A DNA stretch of 64,000 nt, taken from a virus. The position numbers and the translations under genes were made by a program. Under the pieces are notes generated by a model. That model was not told the DNA's origin and did not search any database. It saw nothing but the letters and a program-made list of their open reading frames with translations. Positions 9,494 to 19,385 of this stretch are shown in pieces. Within the stretch, counting starts at the first letter, position 1. Every line of letters starts with the position of its first letter. Location of the stretch: the IMG/VR virus record IMGVR_UViG_3300021962_000047, positions 32,001-96,000 of that record; one strand, 5' to 3'.

Positions 9494-12400
9494 TTAGATA
9501 TCTTCAAACGATGCTCCTGTTGGTGTAATCAAGAACTCGATGTCGATATATTCTAACGCTCTTGTTGGTTTCAAGTAAATTTTACCAACTAATTGGTTAG
9601 CGTCCATATCTTCAGGTGAAGAACTTACTGTTACACGGAAGTCAATCAAACCTCTATCTCTTCTGATAGAATCTAAGATTGGGTTAACCGAGTCTAAGAA
9701 ATCTTGTCTTACCTGTTCGTCGTTTTGTTCGAACAACAATCTGATAGCCACAGCTGAAATCAACTTACGAGCTTGTAATAACAATCTTCTTACGTTAATT
9801 CTGTCAAGAGCTGACTGTCTAATTTGAAGAGTTTTGTTACCCCAAATTACTGTACCAACATCAGAGAATGTTGCGATTGGGTTCAATCTTCCTTCATATA
9901 GAGTATCTCTATCTTCTTGTGTTAACTTCTTACGAGCTTTAACTGCATTTACGATACCTCTTGTGTAACCCGCAGTTGCGAACCATGGGAATGCGATGTT
10001 ATCTGTCAATGCGATGTTTCTTACAACTTCAGATGTTGGTGGAATGTAGATTTGTGTGTTGTTAACACTATCTCTTACCAAAATCCATGGGTAATAAGTA
10101 GCTGTATAGTTTGAATCGATACCTGTTTCTTCTAAGTTGTCAACTGCCTCTTGTGGGTAGATAAAATCACCTTGGAAGTTAGCGGTATTTGCTACATACA
10201 TGTTGTAGTCAGGTGTTGTACAGAAGTAGATTGAATCTGCTCTTTCTGTTTCAATCATATTGATTGCTGACTCAACTAAGTTAGAGTTGTTTACATAGTC
10301 AATACCAGGTGTTACAAATACGTTGATGTTAACAGCTTCAGGGTTAGAATATGTATCTTGACCTAACAAGTATGCGTAGTAGTCAGAGTTTGCCCAGTTT
10401 ACTGAGTCATCACCGACTGTGATTTGTTTGAACTGACCCCATCCTGTTGCAGTTGGGTAAGAAATTGAAGGAGCTGCTCCTTTCAAATATCCTGAACCAC
10501 CTAATCTGAATGTGTCTTGGTTACTTCTCCACTCTCTGTAGATATCCCAACCGTCAAAACCACCAGAAGCTAAGATAGTGAACTTTCTTGCGTATGTTCT
10601 GTAGTATGGGTTAGACTGGTCTGTTGGGTCTGTTTGGAATGAAGCGTCACCACAATCAAATGCCTGTGTTCCGTCTGTAATGTAACCACCTGTAATTAAT
10701 ACAACTGTTGCTCCTGAGTCCATGTGGAAACCTTTAGAAAGGTAAGCCCAAGGTTCAGACGTTGTTGCAGTTGCTAAATTAGTTGGGTTTTGTTTTCCTT
10801 TATATGCAAAGTAATCAAAATCGATACCAACTGTATTAGAGAAACCTAAGTAAGTTCTTCTTACTTGGTCACCAGCTGCTAAAGAAGCGTTTGGTCCACC
10901 CGCCGCGTTACCGAATGGTGGGTTGTAAATTACTTGACCAGGAATGTAGTATTCTGTTTTGTAGATTGGGAAAGGTGATTTAGCACCTGAGTATTCTCTG
11001 TAAACGTAACCTTCAAATCCACAAGGTAATGCATCTACAGGAGCTTGTTCTTCCATCTCCACCATAATGAATCTTGAATTCAATGCAAATTCACCATTTG
11101 CTGTACCCACTTTCTTAGCAACATATCCATTTTCAGTTGGGTCCATAGTACAGTTAGTGAATTTTTCAAGAACTACTGGGTTAGAGTCAGTATCGTAGAA
11201 ATCTCTCACAATAATATCAAAGGTATTATTACCAAATGACATATTAGCCAACGAAATCTTAACCAATTGGTTAGCTGCGTTACCATCAGATATTAAGATA
11301 AACTTAAATAATCTATATACGGTATTACCACGTAATTCAGAAACTACATATGGTGTTGATGGTGTTTGATATTGTTCTAAGTACCAACCAATAGATGTGT
11401 TAGTACCAGCATCATTTCTAGCTGAAGGTAAAGAAATTAAATCACAATTTAAACCTCTAATATAACCTTTTCTATATGCCCAAGTTAATAATGAATATAA
11501 ACCTTCTTCTAAGAAAATAGGTACATCAGTTCTTGGTTTACTAAAGTTAGATACTCCAAATACTTTAGGTAAGAAATTAGTATCACTTACTGTGAATGAA
11601 GTTTGGAATGAGAATGTAGCACCCGCAGATGTTACACCTGAAATTGCAAATGGTGCAAATGGGTTTTTCTGTACATTTGCATAAGTACCTGAACAATCCA
11701 TAATTACATCAGTTAATCCCGTAACTGAATAAACTGGACCTCCATCTGTATTTGAATTGAGACCACGAGAACGGAAAGTCGCTACGACAACATCATTATA
11801 TTCCGTATAAGCGGTACCAACCCAGTTTAATACTGTACCTGAAATTGTTCCTGTAAATTCACCTGGTGTTCCCTCGATAAAGTCACTACCCATAACAGCG
11901 TTGAATGAAATACCTTGGTAGTTATCTCCCGCAGTAGGTTCAAACGCACCGTAGTACCAAACATCCATTGTGTCTGCAGTGTAGTTAGCTGTTGATTCAG
12001 TTAACCCACTAACTTGTAAATTATTAGTTACATCCGTAAAACCAGCACCTATGTAAGCGTTATATGTAGCATCTTCCAACACACCCCAAATACCCTGTGT
12101 TGTTGCAGACAATGTATTGGTTTGGATAATTGAATAAATCATCTCCTCAATTTGGTCCTGCATTGTTGTTGTACTACCATTATATAATGTAATAGTATCG
12201 TTAATGTAGGTAGTTAACGGTGATGGGAATGCACTTGTAAATACAATCGATGATGAATTACCTGCAGTACCTGTAAAGGTTACAGACCAAGTTGCGTCGG
12301 TTGTTGGTGCTAATGTTGATGGATTAAGGTTAGCTTGTGTTGTAATAGACCAAGATGGTCCCGCATCGTAACCTGACAATCCTAATACTCTTGTAACAAA

Positions 12401-12673
12401 CAATTGGTTAGATTGTTGTAAATAAGATTTTGCGATGTAAGCCGCTTCGTATTTTGGGATTTGTGTGTTTACGAATTTTTGCGGACTTGTACCCCCAAAG
12501 TATGAAACAAACTCATCATAATTACTGATGAAGATAGGTTCAAATGCAGGTCCTGTGAAAGTTTCACCTACAATACCTAATGTTGTTACACCGACACTTT
12601 GAGCTACAAAACTTAAATCTCTTTCTGAGGTGTAGACACCTGGAGAAACGAAAACTTTGTTTGATGTTGCCAT
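9494..12673 (-). CDS. Tail sheath protein (gp18-like)
   Basis: N-terminal FVSPGVYTSERDLS; C-terminal YYPW, PWFATAGYTRG, LNPI, WGNKTLQ, DRINVRRLL and LFEQND. Confidence 0.95.
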   Translation of the reverse strand: MATSNKVFVSPGVYTSERDLSFVAQSVGVTTLGIVGETFTGPAFEPIFISNYDEFVSYFGGTSPQKFVNTQIPKYEAAYIAKSYLQQSNQLFVTRVLGLSGYDAGPSWSITTQANLNPSTLAPTTDATWSVTFTGTAGNSSSIVFTSAFPSPLTTYINDTITLYNGSTTTMQDQIEEMIYSIIQTNTLSATTQGIWGVLEDATYNAYIGAGFTDVTNNLQVSGLTESTANYTADTMDVWYYGAFEPTAGDNYQGISFNAVMGSDFIEGTPGEFTGTISGTVLNWVGTAYTEYNDVVVATFRSRGLNSNTDGGPVYSVTGLTDVIMDCSGTYANVQKNPFAPFAISGVTSAGATFSFQTSFTVSDTNFLPKVFGVSNFSKPRTDVPIFLEEGLYSLLTWAYRKGYIRGLNCDLISLPSARNDAGTNTSIGWYLEQYQTPSTPYVVSELRGNTVYRLFKFILISDGNAANQLVKISLANMSFGNNTFDIIVRDFYDTDSNPVVLEKFTNCTMDPTENGYVAKKVGTANGEFALNSRFIMVEMEEQAPVDALPCGFEGYVYREYSGAKSPFPIYKTEYYIPGQVIYNPPFGNAAGGPNASLAAGDQVRRTYLGFSNTVGIDFDYFAYKGKQNPTNLATATTSEPWAYLSKGFHMDSGATVVLITGGYITDGTQAFDCGDASFQTDPTDQSNPYYRTYARKFTILASGGFDGWDIYREWRSNQDTFRLGGSGYLKGAAPSISYPTATGWGQFKQITVGDDSVNWANSDYYAYLLGQDTYSNPEAVNINVFVTPGIDYVNNSNLVESAINMIETERADSIYFCTTPDYNMYVANTANFQGDFIYPQEAVDNLEETGIDSNYTATYYPWILVRDSVNNTQIYIPPTSEVVRNIALTDNIAFPWFATAGYTRGIVNAVKARKKLTQEDRDTLYEGRLNPIATFSDVGTVIWGNKTLQIRQSALDRINVRRLLLQARKLISAVAIRLLFEQNDEQVRQDFLDSVNPILDSIRRDRGLIDFRVTVSSSPEDMDANQLVGKIYLKPTRALEYIDIEFLITPTGASFEDI

Positions 12674-12796
12674 TTTTTTATTTGTTAGTAAATTTATTTT
12701 TATAGATAAATATTCATAAAAATTACAAAATACCTATACTCCAGATATATATTTGTTAATGAGTATGTATTTTTTCTGCCTTTTTTCTACCTACCT

Positions 12797-12946
12797 ATGA
12801 AAGAAATTAAAAACTTAAAAATATCAGTTGAAACACATAGTATCCTTAAATCATACTGTGATAGACGAGGATTGAAGATGTATAAGTTTCTTGAGAAATT
12901 AATTGAAGATACTTGTACCGAAAAAAAAGATATATACGGGGAATAA
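12797..12946 (+). CDS. Small ribbon-helix-helix-like DNA-binding protein
   Basis: Not in the ORF track. MKEIKNLKISVETHSILKSYCDRRGLKMYKFLEKLIEDTCTEKKDIYGE* shows an alternating beta strand followed by two helices with a Gly turn. Confidence 0.6.
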   Translation: MKEIKNLKISVETHSILKSYCDRRGLKMYKFLEKLIEDTCTEKKDIYGE

Positions 12947-13984
12947 TTAGATTAGGGTTGCCGTTGTAAAAATTGTAGCATCCTTTAAATTGTCAATCTT
13001 TACCACATCTATTTTTAGAATATCATTTGTCGATATTTGTATTAGTCCGACATCATCCCCAATATAATTGTCATTTATATATACAGAATAACTGTCAACG
13101 TTTTCACTATCACCAACATTAATATCTGCGGTGTAATTAAATAATTCACTAATTGTTGTTACCGAATTTAAAAATTGTATATTCAATTCAAATTGATTAC
13201 TCGGTGGCCACATTTCAGCTTTTCTAGCCTTTGTTTTAGTATCAACCTCAAACATTGTAAGTGTTCTTGAAATTGCAGGTGTTACTTCAAATTCTTCTTC
13301 ATCAATCAAAAATCCCATCATTAAGAATTCATAGTTTTGAATGTAGTATTTTCTTTTATCAACATCTAAAACCGATTCATCAGATATATTATTTAATATA
13401 ATTGGAACATAGTGTCCTTTAACAAAAGTATATGCCTGTCGAGATGTGAATTTTTGTAAAACAATTTTGTTAAACTGATTTAACTCTCTCATTCTATTAC
13501 AAACAATCTTTACGTTATATGTGATATCAACAGGAACTGGTTGTGGAATTTTATAAATGTCCATTCCTTTTCTTTGTCCATCCCATGTTGGAACTTTGGC
13601 ATAATAAAATTGCTTTCTATTTGGTATGGTATATTGTAATGATGGTGTTGTACCATATTTAACTTCAGGTTGTCTAACCGTAGTGATAAACGGAGGAACT
13701 GGATTACCGTTTAAATCTTCAAACTTCCAAGTTTGTGTAAATTGAGCCCAGTTCTGTGTGGTAATAATTAAATCAATTGGTGGTACGGTTTTACCGTCAA
13801 CAATTAATGTGATATCATCTTTAACAAAGTCCAACATACCTCTATCCAAATCTGCATGTAAAACAGATTTAGGAAGATAAGTTCCGTCTTCATTGATGTA
13901 CTCAAGAAGCTGTTCTCTCCTCTCCCACCCAGTTTTAGGTGGAACCAATTGTAATGTCTTTTTAACTTTTTTAGGAAATGCCAT
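12947..13984 (-). CDS. Tail sheath stabilizer / tail terminator (gp15-like)
   Basis: PQPVPVDITYNVKI...ELNQF motif; position next to the sheath and neck genes. Confidence 0.65.
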   Translation of the reverse strand: MAFPKKVKKTLQLVPPKTGWERREQLLEYINEDGTYLPKSVLHADLDRGMLDFVKDDITLIVDGKTVPPIDLIITTQNWAQFTQTWKFEDLNGNPVPPFITTVRQPEVKYGTTPSLQYTIPNRKQFYYAKVPTWDGQRKGMDIYKIPQPVPVDITYNVKIVCNRMRELNQFNKIVLQKFTSRQAYTFVKGHYVPIILNNISDESVLDVDKRKYYIQNYEFLMMGFLIDEEEFEVTPAISRTLTMFEVDTKTKARKAEMWPPSNQFELNIQFLNSVTTISELFNYTADINVGDSENVDSYSVYINDNYIGDDVGLIQISTNDILKIDVVKIDNLKDATIFTTATLI

Positions 13985-14496
13985 TATAATCCTCTGAATT
14001 CATCTGTTGTTACAGGAGTTGCGGTATATGAATAATAGAAACTCTTATAACCACCATAAGTGTGTTTATTGTCATAGTCAGGTGTTGCAGCATCTATAAC
14101 AGAATAGTAACGTATTTCATCCTCGGTAATTTGGTAACCGATGTAGTCACCCAGTTTAATTTCAATTTTTAATTCTTCTAATTCTTTGTGGTAAACCGCA
14201 AATTCTATATTACCTGGTTCGTTTTGTAGAATACGAGAATTACCAATTGATTGTCTTGTTGGTTCTAAAATTCTAACAAAAGCATTAAACTCAACGGGAG
14301 CTTTAAATTGAACCCCGTCAGAGGTAACTTCACCATAGACATCATCTTTGATTGTTCTTTGTTGGTCAACAGAATATAATACCATAGTAAAGTTCATGTC
14401 TCCATTGAGCCATTCTCTTCCCATCTCAATATCGAGATTATAATCCTCCTCGGCGAAGAACTTATTTAAACGTGTAATTGGTACTCTACGTGTCAT
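13984..14496 (-). CDS. Head closure / neck protein (gp14-like)
   Basis: DDVYGE and IKLGDYIGY...YYSV motifs; synteny with the gp15-like gene. Confidence 0.6.
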   Translation of the reverse strand: MTRRVPITRLNKFFAEEDYNLDIEMGREWLNGDMNFTMVLYSVDQQRTIKDDVYGEVTSDGVQFKAPVEFNAFVRILEPTRQSIGNSRILQNEPGNIEFAVYHKELEELKIEIKLGDYIGYQITEDEIRYYSVIDAATPDYDNKHTYGGYKSFYYSYTATPVTTDEFRGL

Positions 14497-14544
14497 CCTT
14501 GATAAATATTACAAAAATGATTATCTTTTACTATATTTTATTGG

Positions 14545-16302
14545 ATGGAACAAAATAATCTTGTAAATAATATCCCTGAGATTCGTGCTCAACGTATATT
14601 GGATGTATACGATGGGTACAATAACTATATTCTGTCCATTAAGAAAAAGTCCGAAACACAAAAACATTTTAAGATGACTCGGGCTCAAGCCGACTACATT
14701 TTAGATTTTCATAAGGATGTTCCAAAGATTGCAAGAAAGTGGGTTCCATTAGATGGATACTTCTCAAAAAGAATGATGGAAGACAAATTATTAACCAAAC
14801 AACCCGAACAAATTTATGTTGAGAAGATTTTGGTTGAAAAAGATAAGTCGTACCACATTTATGGGAAATTGTTTGAAAATGAACAACTACACGACTTTTG
14901 GTTACCAAAAGCAGCCATCGTCCCAAATAGAACAAGAAAGGTTGAAATTGATTATGAAAAGTATTCTCATAGACCTCCGTTATCACACCAAAAAGAAGCA
15001 ATTGAAAAATTAGTGGGAAGTGATAAGTTTATCCTTGCCGATGATATGGGTCTTGGAAAGACAACATCAACCGTAATTGCGGCATTAGAAGCCGGTGCTA
15101 AAAAAGTTTTAATCGTATGTCCAGCATCATTAAAGTTAAACTGGCAAAGAGAAATACAAAACTATACAGACCGACCAACATTTGTTGTGGAAGGTAAGAA
15201 ATGGGAACCCGCAGATTTCACAATCATCAACTACGACATCCTTAAGAATTTCCATGAACCAAAAGAGCCAAAGACATCTGATGTTTTAAATGCAGGATTT
15301 GATTTAGTGGTGGTGGATGAAGCTCACTACATTCAAAACAAACAAGCTCAAAGAACAAAGATTGTTAATGACATTTGCAAAAAGATTGGAAAGGTTTGGT
15401 TATTAACAGGAACCCCAATGACATCACGTCCGATGAACTACTTTAATCTATTGGATTTGGTGGACTCACCAGTCGCATACAATTGGATGGCATATGTAAT
15501 GAGATATTGTGAAGGATATCAATTCAGAGTAGGAAATAGAAAAGTGTGGAATGTGACTGGAGCATCCAACTTAGAAGAATTAAGGGACAGAACAAAACCT
15601 CAAGTATTAAGAAGATTAAAAGAAGAGATTTTAGATTTACCTGAAAAAATTATTACACCTGTTTACCTTCACCTTAAATCAAAAGATTATGAAGGTTTAA
15701 TGGGTGAATATTATAATTGGTATGACAATTCAACCGAGTCGTCATCACTAACCGTTCAATTCTCAAAACTGATGAAAGTTAGAATGGTAATGGCTCAAGA
15801 GAAGGTTAAACACACAATTGAACTTGCAGAAAACATTGTAGAACAAGGAAAGAAAGTTATCATTTTCACCAACTTTACCGACACTCTAAACCAAATCAAA
15901 GACCATTTTGGAAAGTCGGCAGTGGCTTTAGATGGTAGTATGAGCAAAGTAGCAAGACAAAATTCCGTGGACCAATTCCAAGAAAATGACAATATTAAAG
16001 TTTTTGTGGGAAACCTTAAAGCCGCAGGTGTTGGTATCACCTTAACCGCAGCCGAAGCCGCCATAATGAACGACCTGTCTTTCGTTCCATCAGACCACGC
16101 ACAAGCAGAAGACAGAGCATATAGATACGGACAAAAATCAAACGTATCTATTTTTTACCCCCTATTCGATAACACAATCGAGGGGATTATCTATGATATA
16201 TTGACTAAAAAGAAACATATTTTCGAAACCGTTATGGGTGACAACGAAGATAAAGGAACCGTGATGGAAGAAATTTTAAACTCAATATCTCGCTTAAGGT
16301 AA
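14545..16302 (+). CDS. SNF2-family helicase (SMARCAL1/HARP-like)
   Basis: Motifs LADDMGLGKT, VVDEAH, LTGTP, LRRLK and QAEDRAYRYGQ. Confidence 0.92.
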   Translation: MEQNNLVNNIPEIRAQRILDVYDGYNNYILSIKKKSETQKHFKMTRAQADYILDFHKDVPKIARKWVPLDGYFSKRMMEDKLLTKQPEQIYVEKILVEKDKSYHIYGKLFENEQLHDFWLPKAAIVPNRTRKVEIDYEKYSHRPPLSHQKEAIEKLVGSDKFILADDMGLGKTTSTVIAALEAGAKKVLIVCPASLKLNWQREIQNYTDRPTFVVEGKKWEPADFTIINYDILKNFHEPKEPKTSDVLNAGFDLVVVDEAHYIQNKQAQRTKIVNDICKKIGKVWLLTGTPMTSRPMNYFNLLDLVDSPVAYNWMAYVMRYCEGYQFRVGNRKVWNVTGASNLEELRDRTKPQVLRRLKEEILDLPEKIITPVYLHLKSKDYEGLMGEYYNWYDNSTESSSLTVQFSKLMKVRMVMAQEKVKHTIELAENIVEQGKKVIIFTNFTDTLNQIKDHFGKSAVALDGSMSKVARQNSVDQFQENDNIKVFVGNLKAAGVGITLTAAEAAIMNDLSFVPSDHAQAEDRAYRYGQKSNVSIFYPLFDNTIEGIIYDILTKKKHIFETVMGDNEDKGTVMEEILNSISRLR

Positions 16303-16344
16303 TGACATTTGTCATAACCTGATTATTTATTATAAAAACATACG

Positions 16345-17895
16345 ATGAAATTCAACAAGCATAAAAAGCGAATAGAAGAATTGGAATTACAATTAAGTGG
16401 ACAAACAAAAACAGATAAATTACCACTACCAATTCAAGAACAAAAAACCGAAACTATGAAGAAAGTAAAAATCGAAAGATTACCTTACTCTTACTCCGCC
16501 TTGTCAAGATTTATTGACCCCGAAACAATGAACGTACACTACAACAAACATTACAAAGGGTATGTAGAAAAGTTAAACAGGGAGTTAGAAAAATTAAAAG
16601 AACAGGATTTAGAATTAGAACAAATCATAAAAGGTATCTCAAGATACAACACAACCGTTAAGAATAATGCGGGGGGAGCTTACAACCACCAATTATTTTG
16701 GAAGATGTTGTCACCAAAACAACAAAGACCATCAGGACCCGTTTACGATAAGATTGTAAAAAAATATGGGGACTATGAAAAGTTCAAACAAGAATTTTCA
16801 AGAAAGGCAAAAAACAAATTTGGAGCAGGATGGGTATGGTTGGTTCTTACAAAAAATAATGACTTAAAAATTATTACCACCGACAATCAGGATAACCCGT
16901 TAATGAATACCATTAATTTTGGGGGATATCCTTTGTTAGGATTGGACCTTTGGGAACACGCTTACTACCTCAAATATAAAAACAGAAGAGACGATTATAT
17001 CAAAAACTTCTTTAGTGTTATCAACTGGAGTTACGTGAACTACCTATTTGATAACAAAACCAAAAAGAAAATTAACGAATCTCGTGATGTGAAAAGTATC
17101 ATTGAGGAGGGAGCATCGAGAGGTTGTAGTCCCGCTCAGGTAAACACTTATAGAGAAATCTTTAACAAAAATTCTGAAATCAAAAAAATCTTCATGTTTG
17201 CAATTATGGATATTTTAAAAGAAGTTTTCGCTGATTTTTGGTATGATAAAGGAAAATATGCTGAAGGTGAGATGTCAGGTGTTTATGACTATGAAAAGAA
17301 AGGTCGTTCTGTGATTAACAAATTAAACACAAACTACACGGCATTTTGTACTTTGGTTAATGATATAAACGAGGTATTAAAGAAAATGGGTGTTGACCCA
17401 ATTAATATGATTAACCAATCTCCTGAACAACAAGTTAGAGAAGTAAGAAGGTTAGTCAGATATATGACGGAATTCCGTTATAGAATTTTCAATCCAGAAT
17501 CGGCAACATTTAAAAAGATTATGTCAGGATTGGATACTTCAAATCGTTTTGGTGATGAAAGAGAAATCAAAGCGGTTGTAAATATGAAAAACATATTTGG
17601 AACAAAAGAAGTATTCAAAGTGGGTGACCTTGGGAATGTTGAGGATATGTTAGGTGGGGTTGATGCTACCATTACTAAAGATGGTGAAACCAAAACAGCA
17701 CAAATCAAACCGTTTTCAACATATGAAGAAGGTGAAGATGGTAAAATTACCGTCTTTAACACAGGAAACGTAAAACCATATAAAACTGATTATTTGGTGT
17801 TCCACAACGACAGAAAAGGTACTATTGTGTTTAAAAACGATAATACTGAAATTGTTGGTGGTAATTATGTTTTCCCAAAAGAAGATATGTTGTAA
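16345..17895 (+). CDS. sod: Mn/Fe superoxide dismutase fused to a C-terminal PD-(D/E)xK-like domain
   Basis: SOD motifs LPYSYSAL, HYNKHY, NNAGGAYNHQLFW, FGAGWVWL, NQDNP and DLWEHAYYL. About 280 extra C-terminal residues contain GDERE...DMLGGVDATI...AQIKP. Confidence 0.85.
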   Translation: MKFNKHKKRIEELELQLSGQTKTDKLPLPIQEQKTETMKKVKIERLPYSYSALSRFIDPETMNVHYNKHYKGYVEKLNRELEKLKEQDLELEQIIKGISRYNTTVKNNAGGAYNHQLFWKMLSPKQQRPSGPVYDKIVKKYGDYEKFKQEFSRKAKNKFGAGWVWLVLTKNNDLKIITTDNQDNPLMNTINFGGYPLLGLDLWEHAYYLKYKNRRDDYIKNFFSVINWSYVNYLFDNKTKKKINESRDVKSIIEEGASRGCSPAQVNTYREIFNKNSEIKKIFMFAIMDILKEVFADFWYDKGKYAEGEMSGVYDYEKKGRSVINKLNTNYTAFCTLVNDINEVLKKMGVDPINMINQSPEQQVREVRRLVRYMTEFRYRIFNPESATFKKIMSGLDTSNRFGDEREIKAVVNMKNIFGTKEVFKVGDLGNVEDMLGGVDATITKDGETKTAQIKPFSTYEEGEDGKITVFNTGNVKPYKTDYLVFHNDRKGTIVFKNDNTEIVGGNYVFPKEDML

Positions 17896-17938
17896 TAACA
17901 AACCGGGGTTGAATAATATTTATTAGTAAAAGACCCTT

Positions 17939-19051
17939 ATGGCTATTATCATTGGAACCGAAAGAGAAAAACTTTATACGAGAATTCGTCACCTTTTAGG
18001 AGCACCTCTTCGTGGTGTTGAGATTGAAGACGAAATGATGGATTCACTATTAGAATTGTCTGTTGAAGATTATTCTCAATATGTTGATGACTGGTTGATT
18101 GAATCTCAATGGACATCTTTATATGGTATGGACATTGATACCCAATCTTTAACCAGAGCATTCACTACTCGTTCATTAGATTGGGAAACCCAATACACTT
18201 ATGCATATTCTAAGATTGTAGGTTTACAAGCCGGTGGTCCTTGGGTTCTTAAAAAAGATTATTTTGATTTGGTTCCTAACCAACAGATATATGAAATTCC
18301 TGCTTGTCGTGAGATTAATGAACTTTTATGGTTCACCAGAGCTGAGTTAGATGCTGCGTTCTTTGACCCATTTATGGGTGGTTTTGGAGGATTCGGTGGT
18401 GTAGGTTTAGGTGGTGGTGCCGGTTTCTCACAAATGGGAACAACTGGTAGTTACTTCATTACACCAGCATTTGATATCCTTTTAAGAATGCAAGACATCA
18501 ATATCAAAAGAAGAATTATCGCTGGTGAACTAACATACCGTATTACAGCATTACCTGAGGGTAAAAAGGCGGTACATCTTTATAACGTACCTGGAGGTAA
18601 ATTTGATTTTGGTAATATCGAAAACAATAGTTATCGTGTTTGGTATTGGTATTATGATACCTGTGATAGAGATGATTGTTTACAAGCCAATCCTGATGTG
18701 GTTAGATTACCATCTGATGTACCAATTTCAGGTTTAAGATGGGATGAGTTAAACTCACCCGCAAAAACTTGGGTTCGTCGTTGGTTTACCGCATATGTTA
18801 AAGAAACTTTAGGTAGAGTTAGAGGAAAATATCAAGGAAACTTGAAAACTCCCGATAGTGAACTACAATTAGAATATGATTCCTTGTTAACGGAAGCTAA
18901 AGATGAAAAATCTAAATTACTTGAAGAATTGATGGCGAGGTTAGAAAGGCTTCGTCCTGATAAGATGATGGAAAGAGAGGCTAACGTTGCGGAACAATTA
19001 AACAAGTCATTGCAATATAGAGCAATGCCTCGTCAAATTTATGTAATTTAA
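17939..19051 (+). CDS. Neck protein (gp13-like)
   Basis: N-terminal LLGAPLRGVEIEDEM and C-terminal WVRRWFTAYVKETLGRVRGKY, matching the gp13-like pattern. Confidence 0.75.
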   Translation: MAIIIGTEREKLYTRIRHLLGAPLRGVEIEDEMMDSLLELSVEDYSQYVDDWLIESQWTSLYGMDIDTQSLTRAFTTRSLDWETQYTYAYSKIVGLQAGGPWVLKKDYFDLVPNQQIYEIPACREINELLWFTRAELDAAFFDPFMGGFGGFGGVGLGGGAGFSQMGTTGSYFITPAFDILLRMQDINIKRRIIAGELTYRITALPEGKKAVHLYNVPGGKFDFGNIENNSYRVWYWYYDTCDRDDCLQANPDVVRLPSDVPISGLRWDELNSPAKTWVRRWFTAYVKETLGRVRGKYQGNLKTPDSELQLEYDSLLTEAKDEKSKLLEELMARLERLRPDKMMEREANVAEQLNKSLQYRAMPRQIYVI

Positions 19052-19052
19052 C

Positions 19053-19385
19053 ATGCCAGTATTCAAGTCACAACCTGTAGACAAATATATTAACGGAACT
19101 TCAAGATTAGTTTCAGAATTTTGCGTTGTTACTGACCCTCACTACACAACCGATGGTGAAATTGCAATCGTAGTTAAAGATGTAGAAGAGTGTATTTTAA
19201 CATTAAATCATGAAACAACAAAACACATTACCATTAAATCTTTAACAAATACTTTAGTTATTTCATCTGACAATATAGATAGTGAATACACTGAAATATA
19301 TTTAGGAAAAGGTGCTTGTGTCGAATTACGTTATATCATCGGTGGATGGTATATTATGTCATCAGACGGATTAAAAACTTCTTAA
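19053..19385 (+). CDS. Hypothetical protein, probably structural and beta-rich
   Basis: 110-aa ORF directly after the neck gene. Confidence 0.55.
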   Translation: MPVFKSQPVDKYINGTSRLVSEFCVVTDPHYTTDGEIAIVVKDVEECILTLNHETTKHITIKSLTNTLVISSDNIDSEYTEIYLGKGACVELRYIIGGWYIMSSDGLKTS

